Source: Picochlorum sp. SENEW3 (lineage: Eukaryota). Taken from it: a stretch of 64,000 bases of DNA. The notes beneath the pieces are model-generated. The model saw nothing but the letters and a program-made list of their open reading frames with translations. It searched no databases and was not told the origin of the DNA. Position numbers and translations under genes: made by a program. Shown piece after piece: positions 25,440 to 35,127 of the stretch. Where the stretch lies: the NCBI GenBank assembly GCA_034226945.1, contig CP120464.1:124001-188000 (forward strand), read 5' to 3'. Numbering within the stretch: position 1 is the stretch's first letter; every line of letters begins with the position of its first letter.

Positions 25440-27164
25440 ATGGACAGACAAGAGTTTATTAGGTTGGCTGTCCAGGCTTTGGAGGAGCAGTTGGCATCCT
25501 CCTCTCCTTCTAGTCGTGCTGCTGTTGACCAAGAGACGCCATCTTCAAAAGAACACCAACACCAACAACAAGAAGACGATGAATACTGGAGGAAGGACAA
25601 AGGAGACCTGTATGCAAGGTTGACATTTGATTATCCATTGCTCGAAGATGATGGTGATGCGGCGTCATTGATTCGATTCTGTACGACAGATATGGAACGA
25701 GGTGCAGAAGGCGTCATTGCGTCGTATATGATGGAAGCAGATGGAAGGGCGCGGCGCACCATCATGGAAAATCTGCATCGCGGTGCCTCATCGGATCAGG
25801 GAGCAGGGCAGGTGGTGCTGTGGCAAGAATTATACGGTCTTCATCTATTCTATATAATTGGTATGGTGGAAATACCATTAGATATACATGATGGGTATTA
25901 TAAAACGTTTTTCTGGCCAGACACGCTGGATACATTGTTGTTGGATGATGCATGGGAGTCTGGATCATTGGTCTGGGCATGTGAAACATGTCTGAATAGA
26001 ATAGTCGTCGGCGCTGATGACGAACGAATACAGAGAATGAATATGTTCATGTCTTTACTACAGCAGGTGTGTCGGCGATCGAGAAAGGTGGCGCACGCCG
26101 TGTATTCCATGCTGTTGGCATGGAAGACTGCAGATGCTCATGCAGCAATGGTAAAGGAGTTTCGGATTCTTCTCGGACACATGACTGCCAACATTGTCAT
26201 GGATTCAGACGTCATTACATGGTCGGATGTATTGCGAGTATTAACCGACATGATTTCCGTCGAGTTGGCAGACAGACACCACTCTGACACAAAGAGTCTG
26301 GTGCTGGCAGCAGCTGCTTGTATTGAGTATCTCGTACGAACAATGCCCAATGTTCCATCGTCTCAAAACCGCATAGAAAGTATCATGATACAAAAAAGCG
26401 TGTATATATGTTGTATTCAAGCGTTTATTCGGGAGCCCCAGTGCATCGCCTGTGCGCGAGTATTGCTCTTGCTTGCATGCTATTCAGACCAACTATTTCA
26501 ATGGGCATGCCGTGTCCCTGGATATTGCATGGCATGGAATACATTACGAGAGTCATGCCATACTGAAGACGATGGAACAAAGACCGCCTCACTCGACGGA
26601 AGGGATGTCCCAACCCTCAAGCTGGAGGAGAGAATGCTTTGTGCCATGTGGAATGGCATCGTGATGTCTCATGCATCCACACAGGAATATGACAATTTTG
26701 ATACATATGATATCATTCCACCATCATTATTATCAGATATAGTCAATTCTTGCACTTTGATTAATCACGGAGAAGAAGAAGAAGGAAAAGAAGAAGAAGA
26801 GGAAGAAAAAAAAGGAAAAGAAACCAATGCCATCATGATGATGACAGAGGCAAGCATGATGACAGAGGTGAAACACATGCTTGGGACATTACTCCTCGTA
26901 TGCTCTATACTCCTAACCAAGAAACATAAAGCATCCGCTCAAGGCAAGATCATCAGTGCAGTACTACCTGCTCAGGAAACAATAGGGTCTCTGAGGGCAT
27001 CATGCCGCCAACGCATACAATTCATACGAATGCACCACATGGACGATTCCAATCGCCGAACGGCAGCTACAGCAGTCTTGGAGCTACTTCAATCATGTGA
27101 TACGCTGTTAAAACGAGTCGACGTGATCATGTCCCATGATGGTCGAGATGACAAACTCCAGTGA
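25440..27164 (+). CDS. Hypothetical protein (about 574 aa, predicted helical, Cys-rich)
   Basis: Long uninterrupted ORF with TGTAA at 27187 after the stop. No family recognised. Confidence 0.65.
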   Translation: MDRQEFIRLAVQALEEQLASSSPSSRAAVDQETPSSKEHQHQQQEDDEYWRKDKGDLYARLTFDYPLLEDDGDAASLIRFCTTDMERGAEGVIASYMMEADGRARRTIMENLHRGASSDQGAGQVVLWQELYGLHLFYIIGMVEIPLDIHDGYYKTFFWPDTLDTLLLDDAWESGSLVWACETCLNRIVVGADDERIQRMNMFMSLLQQVCRRSRKVAHAVYSMLLAWKTADAHAAMVKEFRILLGHMTANIVMDSDVITWSDVLRVLTDMISVELADRHHSDTKSLVLAAAACIEYLVRTMPNVPSSQNRIESIMIQKSVYICCIQAFIREPQCIACARVLLLLACYSDQLFQWACRVPGYCMAWNTLRESCHTEDDGTKTASLDGRDVPTLKLEERMLCAMWNGIVMSHASTQEYDNFDTYDIIPPSLLSDIVNSCTLINHGEEEEGKEEEEEEKKGKETNAIMMMTEASMMTEVKHMLGTLLLVCSILLTKKHKASAQGKIISAVLPAQETIGSLRASCRQRIQFIRMHHMDDSNRRTAATAVLELLQSCDTLLKRVDVIMSHDGRDDKLQ

Positions 27165-27345
27165 ACTCCGTAATTTAAATTTAAAATGTAATCGAGACAC
27201 ACTTTCGGGATTGAATGGATAAAGTCGTGATCCGATCACCCGTGGTTGCTCGTTCTTGTTGTCCACTCCATCCCATCCCACGGATATTCATTAATTCACA
27301 TAGATTTTGTTTCTACTACCACATCCCAGATCACATATAGTAGCA

Positions 27346-28147
27346 ATGGCCTGCAGCGCAGTATGCTTGTCTCGCCCAGTGGTGGCCCGTAAATCAATGG
27401 CTGGAGCTTCTGGTACGTCTACCTCATCAACGCGATCCTTCCCTCTTTGAAACAATAGATCTATGTATATTTGCTGAAATATGTGCGTTCTATTGCCCGA
27501 TGATGGCTGGATGAGTCCTGGGAATCGCTACGGTTGGGTCAATCGCCAATCTCTGGCGACATACGGCAGGCGTTGCCTGTATGAACCAGAATCTACGTTT
27601 TAATCATGATTATGATCAAATTTAACCGCATTATCGGGCAATTCGCACTGGATTACAGCAGGCAGCATAGGAAAGAACAGAAGGCAGACACTCATCTGTA
27701 TACCTGTCCTTGCTCTCGTTGCGGTTGTGGGCATTCTGATGGTCACTGATATGACTTGTTGTTGTATTCTGTGCAGTCTCTGTCAAGAGAACCTCCTCTC
27801 GCGTGGCCGTTGCCCGTCCAGTCATGGCAAGGTATGATGTGTACTATGATTGATTAAATCTTTCGGTCAAAAGTATCTTTTGACCGAGTGTCTTGTTACC
27901 ACTCACCTCTCAACACCATGCTCCTCTATGATGCAGCGCCGTGGAGAAGAAGGACGTCGAGAAGGTCATGGCTGGAGTGACTGTCGGTATGGGAGCCATG
28001 ATGGCCCACCCATTGGTGGCCGAGGCTGCCGTGACCCCATCATTGAAGAACCTCTTGAACTCTGTTGTTGCTGGAGGCCTTGTGCTCGGTGCCATTGCCG
28101 TGGCAGTCAGCGCAGTCTCTTCTTTCGATCCAGTCAACCGCAAGTAA
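27346..28147 (+). CDS. PSBX: Photosystem II subunit X precursor (3 exons: 27346-27412, 27777-27831, 27937-28147)
   Basis: Spliced transit peptide [11 protein letters not shown]...[10 protein letters not shown], lumenal signal ending AEA, mature [39 protein letters not shown]. Confidence 0.93.
27483..27728 (+). ncRNA. Candidate structured intronic RNA element in PSBX intron 1
   Basis: Nested complementary stems with G.U pairs favouring the + strand (see findings). No known RNA family recognised. Confidence 0.35.
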
Positions 28148-28383
28148 ATATGACAGACATACAGTCGTATGATGTATGAAAAAGAGTCAGGATTGCATCT
28201 TATCTCTCACATTCTAGTGCGCATGTAATCTTGAACAATAATGTCTTTTTTAATTCCCAAACCCTGGAGTCCAGCCATCGCCGCCCTGGATCCAGGGTTC
28301 TATACCATTGGCTCATCCCCGACCACCCATGTGTATCAATAAGACTATATTTCATCACATCCAGATTGAAAACGATCACAGAA

Positions 28384-29773
28384 ATGCAACAACAAGGACT
28401 ACGACAGGCCATCGTGCAGAAGGCATCTAGCGCTCTTTCTCCCTCGTGTCTCAAGGTATGATGCCACATTGTATTGGATAATGGCACATTTGGATATAAT
28501 ACTATTTTTGTATCTGCAGATGGCGTCATCATCCACTCAGCAACGTTGCAATGCATCTGCAAACAAGAGTATGCTCGGTGACGTGGAACAAGCTCCACCT
28601 GATTTGGTTTTGGGTATTACAGAGGCATTCAAAGCTGATACGGATCCTAACAAGTTGAATCTGGGAGTAGGAGCGTATAGAACGGAGGAATTGAAGCCAT
28701 ATGTGTTGAACGTGGTTCGCACGGCAGAGGAGCGTATGCTCGAGGCTCAGGAAAACAAAGAATACCTTCCTATCGAAGGATTGGCATCATTCCGTGAGGC
28801 TACGGTGCAGTTACTGTTGGGAAATGACTCTGCTGCGTTGAAAGAGAATCGTGTGGCAACGTTGCAGGCTCTGTCTGGGACAGGGTCTCTTGCCATTGCT
28901 GCTCAGTTCATTCATCAGTTCTTGCCGGGCAAGACGGTGTATATTTCCAACCCAACGTGGCCAAATCATAAGAATATTTTCGCATTGGCGGGCGTGCCAT
29001 GGGATACCTATCGATACTTTGATCAGGAGACTGTTGGCTTGGATTTTGCTGGTATGATTGCAGATATCGAGGCAGCTCCAGAGGGATCCGTGATTTTGCT
29101 GCATGGTTGCGCTCACAATCCTACTGGAATCGATCCTACAAAAGAGCAGTGGGCCACGATTGCGGATGCCATCGAGAAGAAGGGACATGTGGCCTTCTTT
29201 GATGTGGCCTATCAGGGATTTGCATCTGGAAGTTTGGATGAGGATGCGTATGCCCCAAGGTACTTTGAGTCTCGTGGCATGGAGTTTTTCGTGGCTCAAT
29301 CGTATAGTAAGAATCTTGGACTGTACGGAGAGCGTGTTGGAGCTCTGAATGTCATTACAAAGGACAGCGAGACTGCTGGTCGCGTGTTGAGTCAACTCAA
29401 AAGATTGGCTCGAGCTGTCTGGAGTAATCCTCCTGTTCATGGAGCTCGTATTGTGTCCGAAGTCGTGGGTAACGAAGATTTGTTCGATGAATGGAGAGGA
29501 GAGATGCAGCACATGTCAGGGCGTATCAAGAATGTCAGAGCTGTCCTGCAAGGCCATTTGGAAAGGTTGAATCCAGACAAGGATTGGAGCTTCATCACCT
29601 CTCAGATCGGCATGTTCACCTACACGGGATGCACGGCCCCTCAGGTGGAGAATATGACTCAGAAATGGCATGTGTACATGACCAAGGATGGGCGCATTTC
29701 CTTGGCTGGTCTCAATGAGGCCAAGGCAGAATACCTAGCACAGGCGATCGACGATAGTGTTCGCAATTTTTAA
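28384..29773 (+). CDS. Aspartate aminotransferase, organellar (intron 28456-28519)
   Basis: LNLGVGAYR, LSGTGSL, HGCAHNPTG, FFDVAYQGFASG, PLP lysine SYSKNLGLYGERVG, DGRISLAG. Confidence 0.95.
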
Positions 29774-29778
29774 TGTAA
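29774..29778 (+). promoter_or_regulatory. TGTAA poly(A) signal of the AspAT gene (representative of a window-wide pattern)
   Basis: TGTAA also follows + genes at 5864, 14899, 16363, 27187, 28224, 31459, 42978, 46936, 59829 and 61006. On the - strand it occurs (as TTACA on +) at 7852, 17783, 35128, 46925, 47755, 55780, 62223 and 62229. UGUAA is the established chlorophyte poly(A) signal. Confidence 0.75.
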
Positions 29779-29787
29779 TATATTTCG

Positions 29788-31326
29788 ATGAGAACAGTAG
29801 CGAGTAGAATCATGGGGTCCTTGTGGGTATCGCCGCAGCGATATTCCCCTCCACTAGTTCTTCTGCGTGGATTGACATCTCAATCGCGCATTGCAGGCGT
29901 ACATTGTATTAGAGAAAGGGTATATGCGACAAAAGCGGTCGTGGATCATCAAACAGAGCATCCATCGGCGGCAGAAGCAGGAGGGTATCGTGCTCACATT
30001 GATTTCAAGTTTGTCAGGGACAATGTGGATCTGATTAGGAAGAATTGTTCGGACAGATTTGTGACATCTGCGAATCCAGATGAAGTGGTGAGGTTGTACA
30101 ATGCATTTGTGGAGCTTACGCAGGAAGCTGAGGCTGTGAGGGCTGCCAGGAATGAGAACAGTTCTGCTATGAAGAGGAAATTAGAGGATAGCGAAAGGCA
30201 GGCGCTGATTGCGACAGGAAAAGAGTTGAAAGAAAAGCTTGATGATATTGATGCGAAGTTGCATATGATCGAGACTGCGTTGCAGACAGAGGGGAAGAAA
30301 CTTCCCAACTTGACACATCCAGATGTTGCTGTGGGAGGGGAGGAGGAGGCTGTGGTTCTGAGAGAGGTTGGGAGTCAGCGGGCATTTCAGTTTGAGAATG
30401 TTCAGGATCATGTTTCGTTGGGTGAAGCACTGGGTGTGTTGGATTTTGAGCATGGGTCGTCCGTGAGTGGAACCAAATTTTACTACTTGAGAAAGGAGGC
30501 TGCCCTGTTGGAACTGGCTCTGGTGAACTATGCCATGCAGAAGATTTATGCAAAGGGCTTTGAACCGATGATAACGCCCGACTTGGTGAGAGAATCTGTA
30601 TTAGAAAAGTGTGGGTTCCAACCCCGAGGTGAAGGAACACAGATTTACAGCGTTGAGGATTCCCACTTGTGCCTGACTGGAACCGCAGAGATCCCACTGG
30701 GTGGTGTGTTCATGGATTCTATTTTGTCAGAGGAAGAGCTGCCGGTCAAAGTGGCTGCATTCGGAAGATGCTTTAGGACAGAAGCAGGAGCAGCAGGGAC
30801 AGCAGGAAAGGGACTCTACAGAGTTCACCAGTTTAGCAAGGTGGAAATGTTTGTTGTCTGCACACCAGAACAGAGCGAGCAGCTCCACCAGGAACTCATG
30901 GACATTGAAATAGACATGTTCGAAGAACTTGGTCTTCACTTCAAGGTATTAGATATGCCTTCAGGAGATCTAGGTGCCCCTGCCTATCGAAAGTATGATA
31001 TTGAAGCGTGGATGCCAGGGTTGGAACGGTATGGAGAAATCAGCTCTGCCAGCAACTGCACTGATTACCAAAGCAGGCGATTGAACATTAGATATAGACC
31101 ACATGTAGCGGCGGATACCCAAACGACGACCAAAAAGAAGAAGAAAAAGGTCCCCACGCAGTTTGTTCATACATTAAATGCGACAGCGTGTGCTGTACCA
31201 CGAATGATTGTGGCTATTTTTGAAAATTTCCAGCAAGAGGACGGCAGCATCTTGATCCCAGAGCCTCTGAGGCCATACATGATGGGAATTGATACAATAC
31301 CAGCGCCATCTTCTTCTTCTGCTTAA
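29788..31326 (+). CDS. Seryl-tRNA synthetase, organellar
   Basis: LPNLTHPDV, LTGTAEIP, FRTEAG...GLYRVHQFSKVEMF, EISSASNCTDYQSRRL, HTLNATACAVPR, with an N-terminal transit-like extension. Confidence 0.95.
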   Translation: MRTVASRIMGSLWVSPQRYSPPLVLLRGLTSQSRIAGVHCIRERVYATKAVVDHQTEHPSAAEAGGYRAHIDFKFVRDNVDLIRKNCSDRFVTSANPDEVVRLYNAFVELTQEAEAVRAARNENSSAMKRKLEDSERQALIATGKELKEKLDDIDAKLHMIETALQTEGKKLPNLTHPDVAVGGEEEAVVLREVGSQRAFQFENVQDHVSLGEALGVLDFEHGSSVSGTKFYYLRKEAALLELALVNYAMQKIYAKGFEPMITPDLVRESVLEKCGFQPRGEGTQIYSVEDSHLCLTGTAEIPLGGVFMDSILSEEELPVKVAAFGRCFRTEAGAAGTAGKGLYRVHQFSKVEMFVVCTPEQSEQLHQELMDIEIDMFEELGLHFKVLDMPSGDLGAPAYRKYDIEAWMPGLERYGEISSASNCTDYQSRRLNIRYRPHVAADTQTTTKKKKKKVPTQFVHTLNATACAVPRMIVAIFENFQQEDGSILIPEPLRPYMMGIDTIPAPSSSSA

Positions 31327-31485
31327 TATGAAAAATGTTAAAATGAATTCTTTTTCGTAGAATATGGCGAGGAAAAGGAATACCTGCGTCCGAGCGTCAC
31401 GGAATGTCAGATTTCTTAGTGTTACGGTCTGATATGGTTTCTATCCATTTGGACCTATTGTAAATTTACTTGTGTCGAATACGAG

Positions 31486-33852
31486 ATGGGTTTGGCGTTG
31501 ACAGCGTCAACTCGGGTGATTTTGATTGTGCTTGCTGCCTACACTGGAGGTTTGAGTAGTTATTGTACGTATGACACATGATTTATCTTGACTCTTGATC
31601 CAGCCGGATCACCATCCTAATAACGGAGAGATGTGTGTTCAGATGTTGATGGGAAAGTGGCAGTTGGGTTGTTGGTGTTGGTGATAGGGCTATTTGCTCT
31701 TGTTGCTCAGTCCCAGAGGAAACAGCAGGCGAGTACTGCCAAAAATACAAGTATTCTTCGCGGGATGTCCAAGAGGCACAGGTCGACAGCGGATTTGAAA
31801 GTGCAATATCAGAAGAAGAATCCTTCTGAAGGAGATCAGCTGTTGCGAGGTGTGCAGGCAAAGGATGCATGGAGAAAGGATGTCAACTCTGATGTGGTGT
31901 CCGAGGCTTGGTTTTCATTCGCAGGGCATATCGTTCAAGAGTTTATATACGATACGTGGTATTCTCATCTTACACCTGATAAGGAATTTCCAGCAGAGGT
32001 GAGGGCTTTGCTGAATGGTGCCTTTGGAAGGTTGGCCAAAAGGGCAAGGACTCATCTACATTTGCACCAATTGTGCTGTGATCTGGTGGATATGTTGATC
32101 GATCAAATTGATATTTTTCGTGATGCTAAGCAAGCTGTACTATCTGAAATGAACGTTGATTGGGACGAGAATCTGCCTCAATTGGATGAGAGGACAGAGG
32201 AGATGTTGAGACGGATGCTGGCAAGAGATTCAAACTTGCACCCTGGGTTTGAGAATCCAAAGGCGCATTATGCCGTGTTGAAACACATGTCGGATTCTGT
32301 CATCTCAATGTTAGCGGATCCCGTGTATAGTAATAGAGTGTTGTCAAGGGTTGTGTCGAGGGAAATGTTGAGTGCATGTGTGTTGAGAAAAGTGCTAGAA
32401 CAGTGCAGTCCATACAGATTTCAGAAATGGATGAATGGGTTGCTGACGTTGTTGACGCGCCGAGGAGATGGTCTGATGTGTGAAGATGATGTTGCAAGGC
32501 CTTCATCTGAATTGCGAGGTGTATGGAATCAAACGACCAAGGTGTTGCAGACAGTTGCACTTGAGGAGAAGGTTGTTGACGGTAATGGGTCAAGTGATGA
32601 TGACGATGCGCAAGAATCAACAGGCGGTTTTATGCGTCCTCATACTATATTAGAGACGATTAGGAGAATAAGCAGCCCTGCTGAATACAATCGTCGGCAA
32701 AGTAGTGGTGGAGGCAAGTTCAAGGGGAAACCTTCTGCTCATGTGTCCTCTGCAGAGATCAGCTCAAACGAAGCGAGAGACTTTGTTGTGTATCGAATAC
32801 GAGTTGGAGACGATCGTGGGGAATGGACTGTCAGTCGTCGATATAGGCATTTTGAATCGCTGCATAGGACGATTCGAGCGACAAAAGGGTATACGTTGAG
32901 CTTGCCGGGCAAGAGGCTCTTTGGGCATGGCTTCTCCTCAGAGTACATTGAAAGCAGAAGACGCGCATTAGACGACTATGTCGTCAAGCTTCTTCAGAAT
33001 CCAGATTTATGCTCGTTGGATGCTGTGTGGGAATTTTTCAGGAAGCGTTCAGAACGCTTCCAGATTCAGTCAGAAAGCAAATCATTCCTTTCTGATACAG
33101 TGAAGCGGACAGTTGTTGGAGTGACTCGGGATGCATGTCACGCTGCACGAACTCAGGCTAAATCTGCTGCTAGTGCTTTTGATAGAGGGAAGAGAAAATC
33201 AAAGAAAAAGGATCAGTCAACAGGGAAAGTTGCCATCCAGTTGAATATTCGAATTGATGATGAAGGAGAGCAATCCCCGTCGCCATGCTTGCATGATGAT
33301 TCTGATGCAGAAAGCAGCACGAGCACGCCTCAGCAGTTGAGCATCTCTGCGCCGTTGTGCGACTTGGTCAACTGTGTATTCTCTCTTGAAACGCGTGGAT
33401 TTTTCACCCGGCAGATATTCCAGATTTCGAAGCAATTTCTCCTTCTTGTTTTTGGAGACACTGTGGACGAATATTTGAATTCCAGGATCACTATGTTGCA
33501 TCAAGAGAGTACTATCGCCAAGATCATTGCACAATTACAGAGTTTCTTATGGCCAGGAGGCAAGTTTGTCCGCAAAAATGGCATTGTTGAACCAGCCACA
33601 GAGGAAAAGTATGTATCACTTGCCGAGCCTGGAGATGATTTTGAAGAGATAAGGGCATCATTAAGAGAGCAATTGTCTTCGGGAGCTCCCGTCACCGTGT
33701 CGAAAGTTGTGGGAAGACTGGCGTATTTTGAAGGGACACGTGACATTATGCAACTCTTGCAGTCAAGCACAATGACAATGCAGATTGGGTATGGTTTCCT
33801 GGAGCTCATTTTAGCGCATTTATTCCCAGAAATAAAACATGAATTATCATAA
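31486..33852 (+). CDS. PXA-PX-Nexin_C sorting nexin (SNX13/14/Mdm1-like; intron 31565-31642)
   Basis: Two N-terminal hydrophobic segments, PXA IVQEFIYDTWYSHLTPDKEFP, PX WTVSRRYRHFESLH...ESRRRALDDY, C-terminal LWPGG...LFPEI. Confidence 0.88.
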
Positions 33853-33866
33853 GTAACGCAATGCAT

Positions 33867-34956
33867 TTAAAAATCATCATACTTGACCAGTCCCCGTCCC
33901 CTAGCATTACCAGCATCAACCATGTCAACAACATTTGGCTCCCTCTCATCATCATGAGGCACGCGAGTCTGCCTTTGCTTTCGCCCTTTCTTCTGAACAC
34001 CTCCCCTAGAAAATTTCATAGCACCTCGTCCCTTGACCTTTTTCTTTTTGCCATGTGCGGCACCTGATCCGTTCTGGCGCCCAACAGAGACCCATAATCT
34101 CCTCGATTTCACACGCTCTGCTGGTTTCACATCCAACACAGTTGCCACGCGAAACACTAACGGAATATCACTACCTGCTTTTTTGAAATCGCGACCCTTG
34201 TGCCAGAGATACTCCATCGCTCGGGGATCACTCACAGATGCACCCTCTGGCACATCCTCGCTCACCATGGGAACCCCCATCCCAGCAATAGCTCGTTTCG
34301 CAGTCGCAGAGTCATTAAACACTACATTCGCTGAACTATCATTGATCCACTCAATATATTTTGGCCCATAGTCCGCAAAATACGACAGCAAATCTCTCGT
34401 GGACAACAAATCAACCCCATATATATGCACAGCCTCGGGCCTCCTCTCAACCTCAGCAGGTGCCTCCTTCCTATCTTCATATAGATCTACATCCATCAGA
34501 CCACCATCATCTTGCGGTTCAACCGTTGTTCCAAACCGCTCAGCTCGCTGTCGCCGTTTCTCTGCATCCTGCACCACGTCTGCAGCATTCCAGTCCAGTC
34601 CAACTCCAGGCATATTGAAACGCGCCGCCCGCTGCTGGCGTTTCTCGGCTTCTTCCTCAGTAAATAAATCAAATCCAGTCGTAAATCCAAATCCAGATCG
34701 CCGTTCAGCGATCAATTGATGCTTGAATTCCCGTCTCTTTGACGTTGCCGGGTCAACGTATTCCACACCGAATTTTTCAGCTCTGAACACGATATTCGAA
34801 TTAATTTGATATCTTGGTTGCATGAATACAAAGAAATGGTACATACCGCCTGCGATGCTTCTCTCGTTCCTCTTCTAAACTGGCATTTCGTTGCTCATCG
34901 TGCTGTTGATTCGGCGCAGGGCCACCTTCTTGCTCGTTTTGCTGCTCTATTTCCAT
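33867..34956 (-). CDS. NCBP3: Nuclear cap-binding protein subunit 3-like (intron 34783-34846)
   Basis: Repeated RA(E/A)(R/K)F motifs and AVHIYGVDLLSTRDLLSYF...IEWINDSSANVVF, the NCBP3/DUF2414 RRM signature. Confidence 0.85.
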
Positions 34957-35127
34957 AATTGATAAATATAAAGTTATTGAAATGACATACTGCCGATATG
35001 AGAGCGATGAGAGGCTCAAATTCACGATTCAATTACGAAAACGTCTCCTCACATATATATGTGAGCATGCATCTGAGCGAAATACTTTGCTGACAGCGTA
35101 TCGTGATTGAAATGTCATCATCAAGGG

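Noticed and set aside
27483..27745. PSBX intron structure as TPP riboswitch, hammerhead, RNase P/MRP, U3 or canonical H/ACA snoRNA
   Set aside because: Core consensus elements (TPP CUGAGA/ACCUGAU, hammerhead CUGANGA-GAAA, P4 pseudoknot, U3 box A, terminal ACA) are missing or only superficially matched.
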